Source of the DNA: Chlorokybus atmophyticus
Taxonomy: Eukaryota > Plantae > Mesostigma and Chlorokybus algae
Length of the DNA: 64,000 nucleotides
Direction: 5' to 3'
Assembly (NCBI GenBank): GCA_009103225.1
Contig: RHPI01002910.1
Span: 62,001-126,000 of the forward strand
The translations under genes were made by a program, and so were the position numbers. Every line of letters starts with the position of its first letter. Within the stretch, counting starts at the first letter, position 1. This document shows, piece after piece, positions 61,001-64,000 of this stretch. The notes beneath the pieces are model-generated. The model was not told the origin of the DNA. It made no database searches and was given only the letters and a program-made list of their open reading frames with translations.

Positions 61001-62831
61001 ACCCGGCACAGATGATAGAGGTGTCCAATCGGTCGCCGCCGCCGAAAGCACCGCCAAAAGATATCCAATATTTTTTGCCACCTGCAGTGCGACAGAACAC
61101 TCCGTTCCCACTGAGTTCGACTGCTCGAGGTATGATGTCTTCCTGTTGTGCATCATATGCTTACTTTACAAGTGTGATGGTTGCATCTTATGTGCGTGTT
61201 GTTGTGTGCATCAGACCCCATGGATCCGGTTCTTGCTGGAGACCTCACCCACTTGCGTATGAAGCTGCAGAAGCCATGCTCTGCAAACATAACAATGCTT
61301 CCCAGAGAGTAAGCTTTTTTCCAAAAGTTGTGGTCGTGTCCGTCATGCTGGCCCCAACACTGGCGTTCATGCTAAGCGTGGACTGGGGAATCTTGATCGA
61401 GTGCTACATCAGGAATGACCTCTTCGAGTTGGATGTGCTTTTAATCCACACTGGTTGCAAAAATGGTCGCAAAGGGGCCGCCACCGATGAGCGTCTTGCT
61501 GTGCTGAAAATGGTGCAGGATGGCAAGATATCTGCTGATGATGGTAAGTCTCTCTACTGTATGGTATGTTGCAACGAGTGGTAGTTTGCGCTCATGCTGT
61601 TGATGCCTGCCTTGTTCTGCAACTTAATGCTTGGCAGCGGTGCGGTTGCTCAATGCAATGGATGCCGGGACCTTGCAAGATGATGACCTTTCCATCATCG
61701 ACTGTGGCGTGGAGGCTTTTGTGGAGGGCAAATGGGTCAAGTCCTCGGCATTGAAACTGGCATCAAAGGCTGCTGCCAAGTTGCCAAACGGTAGCGTGCC
61801 AGCTGCACTCCCGCTTCAAATGGCACCTGGCAGCCTTCACAACCTAAGCATCGCATCCCAAGTTGCAGCACCAGGTCAGCAGCTGTGTGCGTGCGCGCGC
61901 GCACTTGCGTGCGTGTGCCTATGTGTGTGCCCGTTTGCAAGCGTACCTGTGCTTGCGCTGATGTTGTTGCTCATATGTGCAAGACTTGTTTTGGTTGTTG
62001 CAGGCAAAGACAGGACCACTGTAACGTATTGGGACAATCGAGCTTATCTTTCTCGCCTAGAGCCTGTCAAGTTGAGGCTACGGTTTGAAGAGCTCAGTGG
62101 CAAGCGAGCGATACTTGAGTTTGAACATGTCAACATGCCTGACGTGTGGCCATCAAGGCTGAACACTGACCTATTCTTCATGGCTTTGGATGACCGTATT
62201 GCTTGGTGCCGCCACTACATACGGGTATGTCTTGCAACACACAGTGACTGTCTTCACAGCATAATGCTGCTCTCCCTCTATGTCCTTGTAGCCGAAGCAT
62301 ATACACTTGCATTGCAACATTTGTGCCTGTTTCAGATAACAAGTAGTGAAGGCGACACTGCATATGTCATTGAGAAGCGTGCCAACATCAATGTCAAGCT
62401 CCGGATGACACCGAAGCTGCTGCAGCAGATAACTTTTGATGCATGCAAGGCCAAAGCGGCATCCTATCTGATGGAAATTTCCTCATACAACCTCTGCTCA
62501 ACGAACAGCAAGACCTGGGCGTTGGTGGATCTTGAGGTCAGCCGTCAAGTGTGTTGATGTGACTGATTTGCTCTGAATATGACCGTTGAGTGGCTTGCAA
62601 GTTGGGCTGTTTTTGCAACTTGTTGGCGCATGCACAGAATACCATCCAGCCCCAATGGCTATTGGGCTGCTGTCTTCTGAGTTTTTGCTTGTCCTCACTG
62701 ATTGGTCTGGCAACACAACCTCACCACGCAGTCTGTGTTGTTTGCAGTGGCGCACATTGTACGCATTTCAGTTCGAGCTCAACACCGATGAGGGGGAATC
62801 TGTTCGAGAGGCATGGTTGGTGCCGAGCTAG
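58095..62831 (+). CDS. Uncharacterised multi-exon protein: MGxxxCCC lipidation motif, MLKL-N-terminal-like helical bundle, CHORD-like Zn finger, SHOCT-like motif, beta-rich C-terminus
   Basis: Manually spliced open frame: MGGFSCCC...SSK|(GC donor 58245)...|VLMAINTMADTANNLAQGLPLVGQCVALVNTIVGLASQCVENNARAK|ELLSRVRVLERPLMVLQKE...LIKLLG|VLKDSERLVRR...FIKASNVVQDYIDINQRLDSSLLDLQ|...|VLECVQCGVDFNASRNGEGHCR|FH...WPCC...|GCKRGWHCAAHHLDYPY...DERLAVLKMVQDGKISADD|AVRLLNAM...TWALVDLE|WRTLYAFQFEL...VPS*. No internal stop found along this path. Confidence 0.78.
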
Positions 62832-64000
62832 TCAATCAAGTGACTGGAAACCAATCTTTAGGACCAAAAGATCTTGCGTCCCATGTTGTCTTGGCGATGA
62901 TGACACCAACTGTGCTTGTGGCAAGTTTGTCTGCGCTCAGTATAATGCAATGCAAAGGAAAGGTCTGAGTGGGCTGTAGATAGACAATACTTGGGCGAAA
63001 TCCTCTACAATGCACAGAAGAAGCAGGACAACCCATCCACATAATGCGCAAGTGCTGAGACTCGATGCCAGGCTCACGCACGTGCAAGGGACATAAGATC
63101 ACAAGGGAGTTAGATACATCGTAAGCAAAAGGGAGGGGGGAGGGGGGAAGGGGGTGTAACTCGTTCATGCATGAACAATTACACGAATACGATAGTCATT
63201 GAAGACTGGTAGCGTACGTAAAACGCGTGACCACTCGAGTTGCTATTAGCAAACTCAAAGGGAAGGCAGCTGCACTGTGCAATACAAGCAGGCAAGCATG
63301 CATGACATTGCATCGGCCATAATCTTATATTGGGCCAAGACCAGCTTGAGACAATGGACTTAAAACATAGTAATCAAATCAACAACCCTTATCAAAACCC
63401 TTCAGGACCAGTGATACGCTATAGCAAGCAAGTAGTAAGGAGAACTCATGGAGTGCAGTAGAGAACATAGTAAAGCATACCATACAAGATAATACTTGTT
63501 GTACATAAACGTACACATTAAGAAAGTGATGTTAGCATTTATCTAGCATTTATGACAGAAACAATCCTATTTCAGATACTGAAGTGGTAGTGAAGGCCAT
63601 GCGTGTTCCGTTTTTTCGACAGCCAGATCCTCACGATGATGAGGATGCGCGTCGCCCATGCATGACGGATGACGACGATAAGGATGACATTGCCACGCGG
63701 GCAGGGCAGCATGCTAGCCCTACAAAAGGCAACTTGCAGGGCAGGCGCTGTGCTGTTCCAGTCTGCTGCGCTTGTGTCAGACCACAAGAGCGGCACGCTG
63801 TCCTACGTGTCACACATCACGACACGTGCTGGCCGCTAAGCTAACGCATTACCGATTGCCGACGTGTCCATTTATGTGATTAGCTACACCTACCAAACAC
63901 TGGCACTTTCCGTGCATTCCATATCTGTACCCGCTCTAGGGTCGCGTATCCAGCAAGGAAGCAGGGACATTGACAGCGTCTGCACAAGGGTGATTGCTAG

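Noticed and set aside
63584-63844. Acidic ORF MVVKAMRVPFFRQPDPHDDED...
   Set aside because: No recognisable domain or convincing splice context; may be a fragment of a gene beyond the window edge.

Overview
Eukaryotic, intron-rich DNA, probably from a green alga (streptophyte-like; the species cannot be fixed from sequence alone). More than half of the window is nested mobile DNA. It holds a gag remnant interrupted by a complete hAT transposon (17-bp TIRs, 8-bp TSD), two related chromodomain-bearing Ty3/Gypsy elements, and a ~9 kb Helitron with an accessory CCCH-finger ORF. It also holds two copies of a ~505-bp TRIM whose LTR/PBS junction lies inside a tRNA-like Pol III promoter (A box in the LTR, B box in the internal region). 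Apparently intact host genes are a Yip1-family protein (-), an ITPK4-like kinase with HAD-like N-terminus and extra signal anchor (+), a protein with three phage-integrase-type repeat units (-), pseudouridine-5'-phosphate glycosidase (-), and a multi-exon gene (+) combining an N-terminal lipidation motif, an MLKL-like helical bundle, a CHORD-like Zn finger and a SHOCT-like motif. Two TE-disrupted pseudogenes are notable: a bacterial-type PKD/B-repeat/extensin/LamG mosaic, and a gene with a DNA-methyltransferase-like SAM-binding motif. There are three N gaps. No CRISPR array, rRNA or bona fide tRNA gene was seen. All domain names come from motif recognition by eye, not database searches.
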